A stretch of DNA of 64,000 nt from Pristiophorus japonicus (lineage: Eukaryota). The stretch spans positions 51,398,001 through 51,462,000 of the forward strand of contig NC_091989.1 of NCBI RefSeq assembly GCF_044704955.1, given 5' to 3'. The notes below the pieces were generated by a model. That model saw only the letters and a program-made list of their open reading frames with translations. It made no database searches and was not told the DNA's origin. How positions within the stretch are numbered: position 1 is the stretch's first letter; every line of letters starts with the position of its first letter. The translations under genes and the position numbers were made by a program. Of this stretch, positions 52,264-64,000 are shown in pieces.

Positions 52264-54269
52264 AAAATATATATATATATATACACACACACATATACAT
52301 ACACACATACCTTTATTGTTATATTTTTACACAAATCAACTCATGCTGTGCCTTCAAACAGAGCTCTCATTCATCACCTGCTGTTTCTACTCCAAGGAGA
52401 GTTGTTACAGTTTAATAATTTACTCACTAAAACTTTTAACCCAATGTCTTGAACCATATGTTGCGGTGTTGTGAAATTTATATTTTCAGCTGAGGAAACA
52501 TCAGTGTTCCTGGTTCACACACTAGTTCATTCTAGTTAATAATCCACAGCAACATTATTGGCAGCGCTATAAGTATTGAGCAAACTCTATACAGGAGGTT
52601 TTCAGTTGTGAGCCTTCTACCCGAGACATTGCCACCTGCCATTAACGTAAACATGGATATACGTTGCAAGCTGACGAAGAGTGAGAAAAAGCAACACAAA
52701 ATGCTATGATGGTGAGGCTATGCCAGCGGCTACTGCACAAGTGAAAGTCATGTAATAAAACTACATGCCAACAGTTTTAATAGAATCCTTTCACTTGCGT
52801 AACAGGCAATGAAGAGACTTGGCTCTAAAGCATATTCTAGTTTTCTCTTTTATTTTGCAGCAGGCGAAATAAAAACACATCAGAGTTCTAAACAGGAAAT
52901 TACAATACTGGTGTAGTCTGTGGCTTTTTCTGTGGCAACCCGACCCACATTGCTAATATGTGCTTTCTGTGCTACTCTGTACTACTGGCGAAGCAGACCC
53001 TTCATTAAAGAAATAAAAATAAAGACTTGCATTTATGTAGCACCTTTCACGACCACTGGACGTCCCAAAGCCAATGAAGTACTGTTTTTGAAGTGTAGTC
53101 ACTGTTGCAACGTAGGAAATTAGTCGGACTTCATGCCATTAAGTTAGAAAATTGCAGTCTCACTTATTAGACTGTTGCTCATACTGACAGCAGACCATCA
53201 TCGCAACAGGCCTCTAAATATTGCGATCCTGCTTATAACCCTACTTTCAAATGGCTCTTCATTGAAAAAGTAGTGCTAAATATACACAGGTCGATAATGA
53301 ACTGGTTCTGATCCCTCAGTTACAGCTTAGTATACTGCGTTCTCTGATAGTGGTGACACTGGTGAATGGCACTGTAGCTCAATCCGGAGGCATGTGCTCA
53401 TCTGCTCCTGGCCCAGTCCTATCTGTCCTGAGTTCTCCAGCATTAGTTTCTCCTTCTATTGTTTCAGTCTGTATCTCAGTCCTAACCACACTCAGAATGG
53501 ATCGCAATGCTCCTGCCTGAGTGATCCAGATCCCCTCAATTCCAGCTCTGTATCTATCCTGGGTTCTTTGATAGCAGTAGATGGGGCTGAAGCTTGCTCT
53601 GGGGGATAATGCAGTAATTTGCTCTTTGCCTGGTTCCTTCTATATGTCCTGGAATTACCTGCTCCTATTCTTGCATCATCAACTGCCCAACAATGGCAGC
53701 ACCAGAACAATCAATGCTCATCCAGAGATTAGCGGGACAGTGAGGTCTCCAGTGTCTTCAGCAGACAAGGCCAATGGGAACAGGCCAGGAGCAAGTGACC
53801 AGTTAAGATTGCCAACCCGCTAGGATTGACTTGATTAAGGGACACTGCTGCCAGCAACCCGATAGAAAAGTCATAGGGGCATTAAACATTGAGATTTTTG
53901 TAGTTTTCTTTTAAAACTTTTGTTTATTATTATAAAAAATATCGGGCATGGGGAAAAAGGGCTGGTTGACTGATAATCGGATGATTCTTGACTGTGTACT
54001 GAAGGGCACTTGCTTTCCAATTAGCATGGAAAGGCAGTGCACAGCAAGTATGGGCGTGTTGGGTGGCCAATGGCAGGAATGTGGGGGAGGGGCAGTTGGA
54101 GGTCATGTGATGACACCTCTGAATGGAATTCCCCCAATGACATGCAATGGAATCCCCAAATAATTAAGCAATTTACACAATTCTAAATATAAATGTTCTA
54201 ATTTTTAAAATTTAATTAAAAGTCCCTTCTTACAATCAAATACTAAAAATTTTTTTTACATTTTAATCT

Positions 54270-55004
54270 GGGCCAATATTTGCATAAATGAATTTTAAAC
54301 TCAGCGTACACCTTTGTAATCCTTCTGAAAAACCCTGCAACTTCTGGGTTTCCGCATGTGCTTGGGCATGTGCGAAAACCTGGAACTTGTGACCTGTCAA
54401 GGTACACCTGGACATATCTACTGAATCGAAAGTAAAATCAGTTTCACTGGTGCAGAGTTGGGCTATTTGCCCAACAACAGCCCAGCAATTTACCACAAAA
54501 CACTTGTGGCTGGTAAAAGCATGCACAGGGCCTTTCATCAGTGTAAGGGTTATTATAAATCTTAAATTAAACACTTGAAAATAAAAAATGATACACAAAT
54601 ACTTAAAATTAGTTTATGCTCAGATTAAAATGTTTACAATTCTTCAAAAAAAAATTTGTATTTGGTGTAATGAAAGGACTTTTAATTAAATTTGAAAATC
54701 AGAACATTTATATTAGTATTCTGTAAATTGCTTAGTTATTTGGTAATTCCATTGCATGTCATTAGGGAATTCCATTCAGAAATGACTGCAATGGAATCCT
54801 CCTTTGTGAACCGGGCCCACATGATCCCAGGGACACTTCCGAACCGCCTGCATCCCTGGGATCAGTGGGTCTTTATGCAGGCGTACGCCTGGAGGCCTGA
54901 GACCCGAAAACTCTGTAGCCTGGGAGCCTGGAGGTAAGTTTGAAAATGTTTTACAGGCTGGAGGCATACTCCAGAGGTACGCCTCTGACCGCAATTTCAG
55001 GACC
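54270..55004. mobile_element. Possible decayed Harbinger-like MITE
   Basis: Degenerate inverted ends gggccaatatttgc ... gcaatttcaggacc; gcatgtgc motifs. Confidence 0.35.
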
Positions 55005-55924
55005 AACATATCACACACCTCATTATAACTCATGATTAGCTTGTGCATCATTTACTATTAAATTCACACTAGAAAAGTTTCAGAGCTTAAAAACAAGCTC
55101 TTTATAGCTTAGTCATCTATACTAACATTATGCATCTGTCAATTGTACAAGCATATCCAGGTCACGGAATATTCAGGGAACTTACTCTATTTAACTAGAT
55201 ACAAAAAGTTATACTAATATCAATATATCTCCCTCCTCAAAAGAAAATAAACTTTCAAATAAGACCACTTTGTCAATGACAATGATACAATCTGTATAGC
55301 AAATATAAAGTTCAACAGTTCCCTGTCACTGATAGATACAAATGTTGGTCTGTAGTTTTTGCAATACTCTACCACTCCTTGTCATGAGGATAGCAGGCTT
55401 GTTATTTGCAGTGTTGATGGGAACTATCAAGGGGTTTCAGTTGCGGCAATGGCTGCATGTTTTGTTGATTTATGACCAAAGTTTCTCTGTCCAACTCGGT
55501 TATTGTGGCCATGGTTTGATTACTGTGGATTAGTTAGGTAGCTCCATTAGTGTTGTGCAGTATGTAACCGTGCCTTCAGGTCTCTCCACAAATGATGGTT
55601 CTCTGCTCTGAATGTGTCTCAGATTTCTCTTAATCCCATCTCATTTTGAGTTCTGAAATTTTAGGATTGGCCAGCAACTTACTGTTGCACTTGCACTGTT
55701 ATCCATTTCTCTTTTCATATTGGTCAAATTCTGAAAACTTCTCCTTCTCCAAGATCTTTGCTACCTTTATTGTAGAACCAGGCCTGTTTGGTGTTTCTAA
55801 GGTATAGTTTCTCTTTTACATAATAAACTAGCCTTAATTTCAATAGTCAGCTTTGAGCTGATGTCCATTCCTAAAACTTAAAAATTCAAGATGGGATGGT
55901 ATTAAGAGGGTCCAGAGACATAAA

Positions 55925-56662
55925 GAAAGATTTGAATTCACTTAGCACCTTTCACAACCTCAGAAAGCAATTAAAAGCCAATGAAGTACTTTTGAAATGT
56001 AGTCACTGATGTAATGTAGGAAACCTGGCAGCCAATTTTTACAAAAAGTCACACAAACAGCAATATGATAATGACCAGATAATCTGTTGATTGAAGGTTA
56101 AATATTTGCCAGGACACCAGGAAGAATTCTCCTGCTCTTCTTCAAAATAGTGCCTTGTGATCTTTTATATGAGAGGAGAGACAGGGTTTAACGACTCAAC
56201 CAAAAGATGGCACCTCAGACAGTGCAGCACTGGAGTATCAGCCTAGATTTTGTGCTCAAGTCTCTGGAGTGGAACTTGAACCCACAATCTTTTGACTCAG
56301 AGGCAACAACTCTTTGGGGGGGGGGGGGCAAAATAAACATTAGATCGAGTGCCCCCCGATCTGGGGGACATTCCAGACACTTTTAACTGCCCTCTTTTTA
56401 AAAAAAAATGTTTTTGTTTTTTTTTGTGGGTTTTTTTTGGGCATTAAAATCATATAATTTACAAGTGCCCCCTATAAAAGGGGAGGGGGCCACTAAAACC
56501 AGGCAATTAAAACAAATTAAACTTTAAAACATAAAATCAAATTAAAATTTGGTTGCCGGGGGTGATGATGCACTCCAGTCCCTCCGGCGCCCACCTCTCG
56601 CAGAAAGCCACGAGCGTACCGGTGGAACTCAGAGGCAACAGTGCTATCACTAAGCCACAGCT
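55925..56662 (-). mobile_element. tRNA-derived SINE with L2-like tail, interrupted by Tx1
   Basis: Homologous to 5772-5935; B box (plus strand gaacttgaaccc). Confidence 0.75.
56309..56626 (-). mobile_element. Short Tx1 3' fragment
   Basis: Matches 62090-62365; perfect 14-bp TSD ACTCAGAGGCAACA at 56295-56308 and 56627-56640. Confidence 0.9.
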
Positions 56663-56959
56663 GAGAACCATCATTTGTGGTGAGACTTGTGAATATGGTT
56701 ACCGAGTCTAACCTTTAATGAGCTATCTCCAGGCCTATTGTCTTGATGGCTTGTTTTCTATCTCTGGTGAGGAATGTTTTGTTTATATAAGCCATCATTG
56801 TTTAGTTATCATTATCCCATTCCTTTCCCAGCATTCAGTCTGAGTACTGACTACATTTTGAGGACACATTTAAGGCAGTTCCTAGACCAGGGCATTTCTC
56901 CCACAACTCAGACCCTTGACACTAAGGATCTACCTTCTGGCTCTTCTCTGCGCTGCCTC

Positions 56960-59630
56960 CAGCCATTGAATGTCTCCTCGTTTCTTAGTGACCAGAACTG
57001 GATACAGTACTCAAGGTGTAGTCTGACTAGTTTGATCATGACTTTTTCTGATTTATAATTTATTGTATTGGCTATTTAGTTTAACATTCAATTAGTTTGT
57101 TGATTATTGTTCTGCATTGCTGAGCATGTTAATTGCTGAATCTGCCAAAACTCCTGGGTCTCTTTCAACTTCATCCGTAGCTATTGCAAAACCATTGATG
57201 AAGTATGCATGTTGTCCATTTTTGTTTCCTATGTGCAATACTTTACCCTTGCATGCATTGAATGTCATCTGCCTTTGTTCATCTCACTTACACATTTTGT
57301 TTAGCACATTCTATGGTTTCTGGACTACCTCTTCAATTCAACTGCACCCCCCGCCAGTTAGACAATTTGGATTGAGTTTCAGAATCAAGTTATTGATGTA
57401 AACTGGAAACAGTTGTGCTCCCAATACTGAGCCTGGGCACCCCACTCAGTAACCAATCACCCCCAACATTACCCCTTTAGCCAGTACTTATGCTATCCTT
57501 TTCTCTGTTTTTACCATTCAGCCCATTTAAAAAAAATTATATCCAGGTTTTGCCCTGATTTCCAACAGCTTTGAGCTTAATTAGTAACTTTTTTTACTTT
57601 TGGAAGACCAAGTATACAGTGTTGTAGGTTTTACCACTTGACTTGAGTTGTCACTTTCTCAAATAAATTAAACCGATTGGTCAGGCTGGGTTTTCGCTAC
57701 CTTTAGCCGCATTGACTACTATATTAGGTTGGTGCTGTACAGATAGTCCTCAAGTTTACTCCTGATATCAGATATTATTCTACATGGAGCTGGAGTAATA
57801 TTAATGAGTCTGTAGTTGCTTGTATTTGTTTTGTCAACCTTTTTGAATATGGACACTATGTTAGCCTATGTCCAATGTACTGGTACTTCCCCAGTGTCAA
57901 CTGAGTCACAATGATTGGCAGTGCCTCCTAAAGCTCTTTGCCAGTCCCTCTCAACACCCTGGAATAAATTACTCTGGGAATTTATTTGTTTAAACCACTT
58001 TCATTTTATCTAAGACTGCAATTTCATTTATATTTAAGTCTTGAATTATGTCTCCATATTTTTGTGAGGGGGCATGTTGTTCATATCTTCCCTTGTGAAT
58101 ATATTGAGGTAGTAATCATACAGAGCATTTAATATCTGATGCTTATTAGCTTCAAGCCTGTTTGCATCTTTTAATGTTCTCTTCTGTTCTCAGACAGTGC
58201 TCTTGCTAGTACAGTACTGATAATTATTCCTTATATTTTGTCTCTGCAGCTATATGCTTTTTTTTCTCTTAACCCCTCTGATTCTGCCTACTCCTGTATT
58301 CATCCTGGTTTGCCTCCCGTCTCCATTCTAGAACGTAAGAAATAGGAGCAGGAATAGGTCATTTGGGCCTTCGAGCCCTGTCCACCATTCAATAAGATCA
58401 TAGCTGATCTTCTACCTCAACACCACCTTTCTGCACTATCCCCATATCGCTTGATTCCCTTAATATCCAAAAATCTATTGATCTCTGTCTTGAATATACT
58501 CAACGGCTGAGACTCCACAGCCCTCTGGAGTAGAGAATTCAAAAGACTCATAGCCCTTTGAGTGAAAAAAATGTCTTCTCATCTCAGTCCTAAATGACCA
58601 GCCCTTTATTCTGAGACTCTGACCCAGAGTTCCAGACTCCCCAGCCAGGGGAAACATCATCCTAGCATCTAGCCTGTCAAGCCCTGTGTTGTGTCCTTCG
58701 ATGCTCTAGTAATGACTTCACGAGGCAATGTGTTGTATTTGAACTGTAGTGACCTTAGTCCTTTATTAGTTAACTCCAGAGTGAGGATCACACATGGTGG
58801 CCTGCCTTTTATACTAGGCCAGGCACACCTGTACAGGTAACCTACAAGTCTCCCACTGTGCCCTCTGGTGGCACACCTTGTGATAGTACCAACAGTAACC
58901 ATGTAGGATACATGACACCCTGTAAGAATTTTATATGTTTCAATGAGATCAATTTTCAGTCTTCTAAATTCTAAGGCATATAAGCCTAGTCTCCTCATAG
59001 GATGATCCCCTCATCCCAGGAATCAGTCTAGTGAACGTTTGTTGCACTCCCTCTATGGCAAGTATATCCTTCTTTAGGTAAGGAGACCAAAATGGTACAC
59101 AGTACTCCAGGTGTAGTCGCATCAAGACTCTATATAATTGCAGTATGACTTCTTTACTGTTATACTCCAATCCTTTTGGAATAAAGCCTAACATACCATT
59201 TGCTTTCCTAATTGCTTGCTGTACCTGCATGTTAACTTTGTGATTTGTGTATGAGGACATTCTGGTCCCTCTGAATACTAATTTCCCAATCTCTCACCAT
59301 TAAAAAATATTCTGCTTTTCTATTTTTCCTACCAAAGTGGATAATTTCATATTTCTCCACATTATATTCCATCTGCCATATTCTTACCCACTCACTTAAC
59401 CTGCCTTTGCAGCCTCTTGGCATCCTCCTCACAACTTATTTTCCCACCAAGCTTTGTATTGTCTGCAACCTTGGATACATTACAATGATACCGATTGTAA
59501 ATAGCTAAGGCCCAAGCACTGATCCTTGTGCACACCACTAGTTACACCCTGCTATCCTGAAAATTAGCCATTTATCCCTACTCTCTGTTTTCTGTCTATT
59601 AACCAATCCTCAATCCATGCTAATATCCCA
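56960..59630 (-). mobile_element. Old CR1 (about 56960-58200) and younger CR1 (58330-59630)
   Basis: RLHLEYCVPFWSP; WQMEYNVEK; tail tagaacgtaagaaatagg. Confidence 0.8.
58687..58917 (-). mobile_element. Solo LTR (231 bp), same family as 18953-19190, inserted in a CR1
   Basis: TG...CA ends; TSD CCCTG at 58682-58686 and 58918-58922. Confidence 0.88.
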
Positions 59631-59804
59631 ATTCTCTCTGTGGCATTTAGAAAAGTTTAATGTCCTCTTTTAATTACTTTTGTTAATTCATTTAGGGTAA
59701 CTGAGTTGAATGTATTGCTGGAGGTTTCATCACACAAACTCCTGCCTCCAACTGCCCTGCCCTCGCCATTGGTCGTCCAACAGGTCCTTCCCAGGCCATT
59801 TGAA

Positions 59805-60050
59805 AAGCACCTGGGAGTCCCTGGCCCAAGCCCACCCTAAGTGGAGGAAGAGCATCCGGGAGGGTGCTGAGCACCTCGAGTCTCGTCCCCGAGACCATGC
59901 AGAAAGCAAGCGCAGTCAGTGGAAGGAGTGTGCAGCAAACCAGACTCCCCACCCACCCCTTCCTCCAACGACTATCTGTCCCACCTGTGACAGAGACTGT
60001 AATTCCCGCATCTGAGAACTCACTTTTAATTTGAGGGACTGCCTATAATC
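59805..60050 (+). mobile_element. RTE 3' fragment just upstream of ACTR6
   Basis: TWESLAQAHPKWRKSIREG...CPTCDRDC; end gagggactgcctat. Confidence 0.85.
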
Positions 60051-60149
60051 ACTCATTAGAAGTAACAGATGCTTCAATTGTGACTTAAAAAAAAAACAAG
60101 TCAAGTTAAACTATCATGGTCATCTGTCTCACTTGCTCTCCTCCCTTAG

Positions 60150-60480
60150 AAATCCACTGCAACTAAATCCCCGACCTTGCCGGCTCCAGAGCACGGAACC
60201 TTGGAGAGGAGGTTTTGAACGTTGGGGCACGGTACCGAGGACGGACAGGAGCGCGGCTGCTGATTGGCTGACCTGGTTGCGGGGCGACGGCGGTGGTGTT
60301 CGAGATGGCGACCCTGGTGCTGGATAACGGCGCGAGCACGGCCAAGATCGGCTTCAGCGAGGAGCGAGTGAGGTGCGTCACAGAGAGAGGCCGCGGCTGC
60401 ACGGGAGGCCCGGCTCGGCCTATCGGTGTTATTTGCCGCTGTCCCTCCTCCTGCCTAAAGGCCGACGGACCCACATGGCT
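60150..60480 (+). promoter_or_regulatory. ACTR6: CpG-island promoter of ACTR6, with inverted CCAAT box (ATTGG 60263-60267)
   Basis: CpG-rich tract around the start codon. Confidence 0.6.
60305..60372 (+). CDS. ACTR6: Actin-related protein 6, exon 1 (MATLVLDNGASTAKIGFSEERV)
   Basis: Kozak gagATGG; actin-fold LVLDNG motif; AG|gtgcgt donor; 68 nt. Confidence 0.93.
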
Positions 60481-60519
60481 TTTAACTGATCTCTTTCCCT
60501 CCCCCCTTTCTTCTTGCAG

Positions 60520-60637
60520 CGTTTTGCCCAACTGCCAGTTCCGGTCAAGGACTGCTCGTCTCAAAACCTTCACCGCCAACCAGATCGACGAGATCAAGGA
60601 CCCCTCCGGCTTGTATTTCATCCTTCCCTTTCAAAAG
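60520..60637 (+). CDS. ACTR6: Actin-related protein 6, exon 2 (VLPNCQFRSRTARLKTFTANQIDEIKDPSGLYFILPFQK); gene continues beyond the window
   Basis: Pyrimidine tract + cag|C; AAG|gtaggt; 118 nt; near-identical to vertebrate ARP6 as recalled. Confidence 0.95.
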
Positions 60638-61389
60638 GTAGGTGCCTGTTCCGGCCGGGCTCTAGGTGGACCTATGGGGGTGTTGCTGGATGAACCGTGC
60701 CTCATTTTGGTGTTGTGTATGCGCAATGAGGATGCATCTGGGTTGCTTCGGATGCCACAACCCGAGCTGACACCGAAGGGAGTGAGTCCCACTTCTCCAA
60801 GGACTGTCAGTCTACATCATTTGGGTTTCAGGTCGAGTCCTGACGCAGGATTCAGGCTAGCTTTAGAATAACTTTTATCTGGATATTGGGAATGTAGTAT
60901 TACAGCATCAGAATTTAGACATGTTAATGCCATCTTAACCCTTAGTACTAAATTTCAAAATGTTGACTACCAAATGCCATCTGATTGGTGGTTCCTTTAT
61001 CATTTGTAATTACATAGCATATACAGCACCGAAACAGGCCATTTGGCCCAACCAGTCAATTTTTATAGTATTTTTCAATCATAGGGGAGAAACGAGTGCT
61101 TTACAGTTAGAAGAAACAATGCATACTGCTCCGTAACAGGAAGGGGACAGGATAACGTGGAGAGGGTTGGGGGAACCAAAAGGTGCGGTCGAAAAGAAAA
61201 TATTTAAATGGGTGGAAGGTGGCCATTTATGTGCTCAGTTGACCTGTTACACATGCAGTGATGAAACTGGGGCAGAGTTGGGCTTGTGTGCTATTATATA
61301 TTCCATGTGAGCTTTCCAATGGTTGAGTAGATAAAAACACTGCACTGTTTAGAGGTAACCCATATAAAGGAGTCTGTCCAAGCTTTGAT

Positions 61390-62088
61390 TCCCTTGGGGA
61401 AAAGTGACCATATTATGGTAGAATTCCTTATTAAAATGGAGAGTGACAAAGTTAATTCAAAAACTAGGGTTCTGAACTTAAGGAAAGGTAACTTTGATGA
61501 TATGAGGCGCGAATTGGCTAGATTAGACTGGCAAATGATACTTAAAGGATTGACGGTGGATAGGCAATGGCAAACCTTTAAAGAGCATATGGACGAACTT
61601 CAGCAATTGTACATCCCTGTCTGGAGTAAAAAGGTTACTGCAGAAGATAAAGGTACGCGGAGTCAGAGGAAATGTATTAGCATGGATAGAGAATTGGCTG
61701 GCTAACAGAAAGCAGAGAGTCGGGATAAATGGATCCTTTTCGGGTTGGAAATCTATGGTTAGTGGTGTGCTACAGGGATCGGTGCTGGGACCACAACTGT
61801 TTACAATATACATAGATGACCTGGAAGAGGGGACAGAGTGTAGTGTAACAAAATTTGCAGATGACACAAAGATTAGTGGGAAAGTGGGTTGTGTAGAGGA
61901 CACAGAGAGGCTGCAAAGAGATTTAGATAGGTTAAGCGAATGGGCTAAGGTTTGGCAGATGGAATACAATGTCGGAAAATGTGAGGTCATCCACCTTGGA
62001 AAAAAAAGTCAAAGGGAATATTATTTGAATGGGGAGAAATTACAACATGCTGTGGTGCAGAGGGACCTGGGGGTCCTTGTGCATGAAA
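61390..62088 (+). mobile_element. CR1 ORF2 fragments joined near 61632, in ACTR6 intron 2
   Basis: LGKSDH; [10 protein letters not shown]; KFADDTKI. Confidence 0.88.
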
Positions 62089-64000
62089 CTCTTTTGGAGT
62101 AAACAAAAACATTAAACCGTGGCCCCCCGATCTGGGGGACGCACCAAACATTTACAACGCCCTTTTTTTTGGCACTAAAATAATATTATTTTCCTAAGTG
62201 CCCCCTATAAAAGGGGAGGGGGACACTAAAAAAAACACCGGCAATTAAAACAAATTAAACTTTAAAACATAAAATCAAATTAAAATTTGGTTGCCGGGCG
62301 TGACGATGCACTCCAGTCCCTCCGGTGCCCACATCTCGCGGAAGGCCGCGAGCGTACCGGTGGACACCGCGTGCTCCATCTCCAAGGACACCCTGGCGCG
62401 GATGTACGCGCGGAAGAGAGGCAGGCAGGCAGTCAGGTTGAACGACCCCCTCGACCGCCCGCTGCCTGGACCGGCTGATGGCACCCTTGGCCGTGCCCAG
62501 GAGCAGTCCTACGAGGAGGCCCTCGGACCTACCCGCTCCCCTCCGCACAGGGTGCCCAAAGATCAGGAGTGTGGGACTGAAGTGCAGCCAGAATTTCAGG
62601 AGCAGCCACTTTAAATAATAAAACAGGGGCTGCAACCTCGTGCATTCCATAAAAACATGGAACACGGACTCTTCCAGACCGCAGAAATTGCAGGCGGCTT
62701 GGGAGCCCGTGAACCGGCTTAAAAATTTATTGCACGGCACTGCTCCGTGCACCACCCTCCAGGCCAAGTCCCGATAAATACTGGGAGGACTCCCGCGTAG
62801 AGTGCCCTCCATCGGGGACCCCCGCCTCCTCCGGACGGCAAGATGGTACGCCATGGCTTGTCCGGACGGCAGGCGAGGATGGCAAAGTTGAGAGTGTGCA
62901 GGAGCAGCCCTTGCAGGAAACCCCTCCGCGCGGAGCTGAAAGGCACGGAGGGGATTTCCTCGAGGCGGCTCAAGTTGTGAGGCGCCGGCTCCCAAGGGAG
63001 GTTCCGGGGTTTGGCGCCAATGAGAAATTCCGTCCGGACGGGGGTCAGTTCGGACAGGATCTCCCCACGTGCTTGAGCCTCCTCGATGCACCTAACAGAG
63101 TCGGGGCCCAGAGCTGTTTTTAGCAACTCGATGGCATCGGCCGCGCGGCGGACGTTGGCAGAATTTAGGCGCCGCGCCAGCGTGTCCGGCGCCATCCAGC
63201 CCGCTCCTCCGCCATCGAGCAGGTCCCTGACCCTGGTCACCTCACCAGCCACAGCCCTCTCGTCCGACCGCCACCTGAAACCTCGGTCGTGGAGGTACGG
63301 ATTCCCGAGCAGCGGCTCCTGCAGGACAGCCGCTACTCCAGCCGGTGGAGAGCTGCGCTTGGTGGAGACTTTGTTCCAGACCCTGATGAGTTCCTTGTAA
63401 AAGACAGGCAGCTCCCGGAGGGCGGTCCTGACGCCCCCCACACTCTCAAACAGGAGCTGCGTGTCGTAATTGAGGCCGTGCTGCTGGCGGAAGAAATACG
63501 TCGCCAGAGCACGCCACCTAGGAGGGGGCTCGACGTAAAGGTATCTCTGCAGGGTCTGAAGACGGAAAGTCGCGAGCTGGGTGCTGACGCACACCAACGA
63601 CTGACCGCCCTCCCCAAGCGGGAGTCTTAAGACCGCCGCAGAGACCCAGTGCTTCCTGTTGTTCCAGAAGAAGTCCACCAGCTTCTTCTGTATCTTGGCG
63701 ACAAACGCAGGGGGAGGGGTCAAAGTGACCAGTCGATACCACAACATGGCGGCCACCAGCTGGTTTATGACTAGCGCTCGACCCCTGTAGGACAGCACTC
63801 GGAGCAGTCCTGTCCAGCGCCCTAGGCGAGCGGCGACCTTGGCCTCCAGCTCCTGCCAGTTCGCCGGCCAGGCTTCCTCGTCGGGGCTAAGGTGGACTCC
63901 CAGATAAAGGAGATGGGTCGTGCTCCAGGCAAAAGGCCTGAGCTCCTCCGGCAAGGAGTCCACCCACCACTGACCCACCAGGAGTCCGGAACATTTTTCC
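62089..64000 (-). mobile_element. Tx1-clade LINE ORF2 C-terminal part plus 3' UTR; continues past the window
   Basis: YLGVHL, LSYRGRALVINQL, GGQSLV, zf-RVT CNFCGLEESVFHVFMEC; high GC/CpG; few frameshifts. Confidence 0.92.

Noticed and set aside
53800-54170. hAT-like terminus (taagattgccaacc)
   Set aside because: No matching second TIR or 8-bp TSD found
60293-60871. 192-aa single ORF containing the ACTR6 N-terminus
   Set aside because: Read-through of the 147-nt intron 1, which is in frame and stop-free, and on into intron 2; canonical splice sites explain the real CDS

Overview
Eukaryotic (vertebrate) genomic DNA. The repeat content (CR1 LINEs with (TTTCTATG)n tails, tRNA-derived SINEs, Penelope-like, Tx1, RTE and Gypsy elements) points to a cartilaginous fish; this is inference. 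Two host genes are readable by hand. (1) A complete 9-coding-exon TCP11L2 on the minus strand (CDS 34536->13491). All introns are GT-AG and phases join into 1560 nt = 519 aa; a CpG-island promoter and probable non-coding first exon lie at about 38.2-39.0 kb. (2) The first two exons of ACTR6 (ARP6) on the plus strand (ATG at 60305), divergent from TCP11L2. Most ORFs in the supplied track are retrotransposon debris or spurious. Best leads: four Penelope-like remnants carrying minimal hammerhead-ribozyme motifs with compensatory stem changes; two Gypsy-type solo LTRs carrying near-consensus CTCF motifs in convergent orientation about 40 kb apart; a Harbinger-like MITE filled with a G-rich minisatellite; a CCAAT-rich solo LTR; a Tx1 family ending in hairpins instead of poly(A); and an LF-SINE-like element. 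None is proven novel, and no database searches were run.
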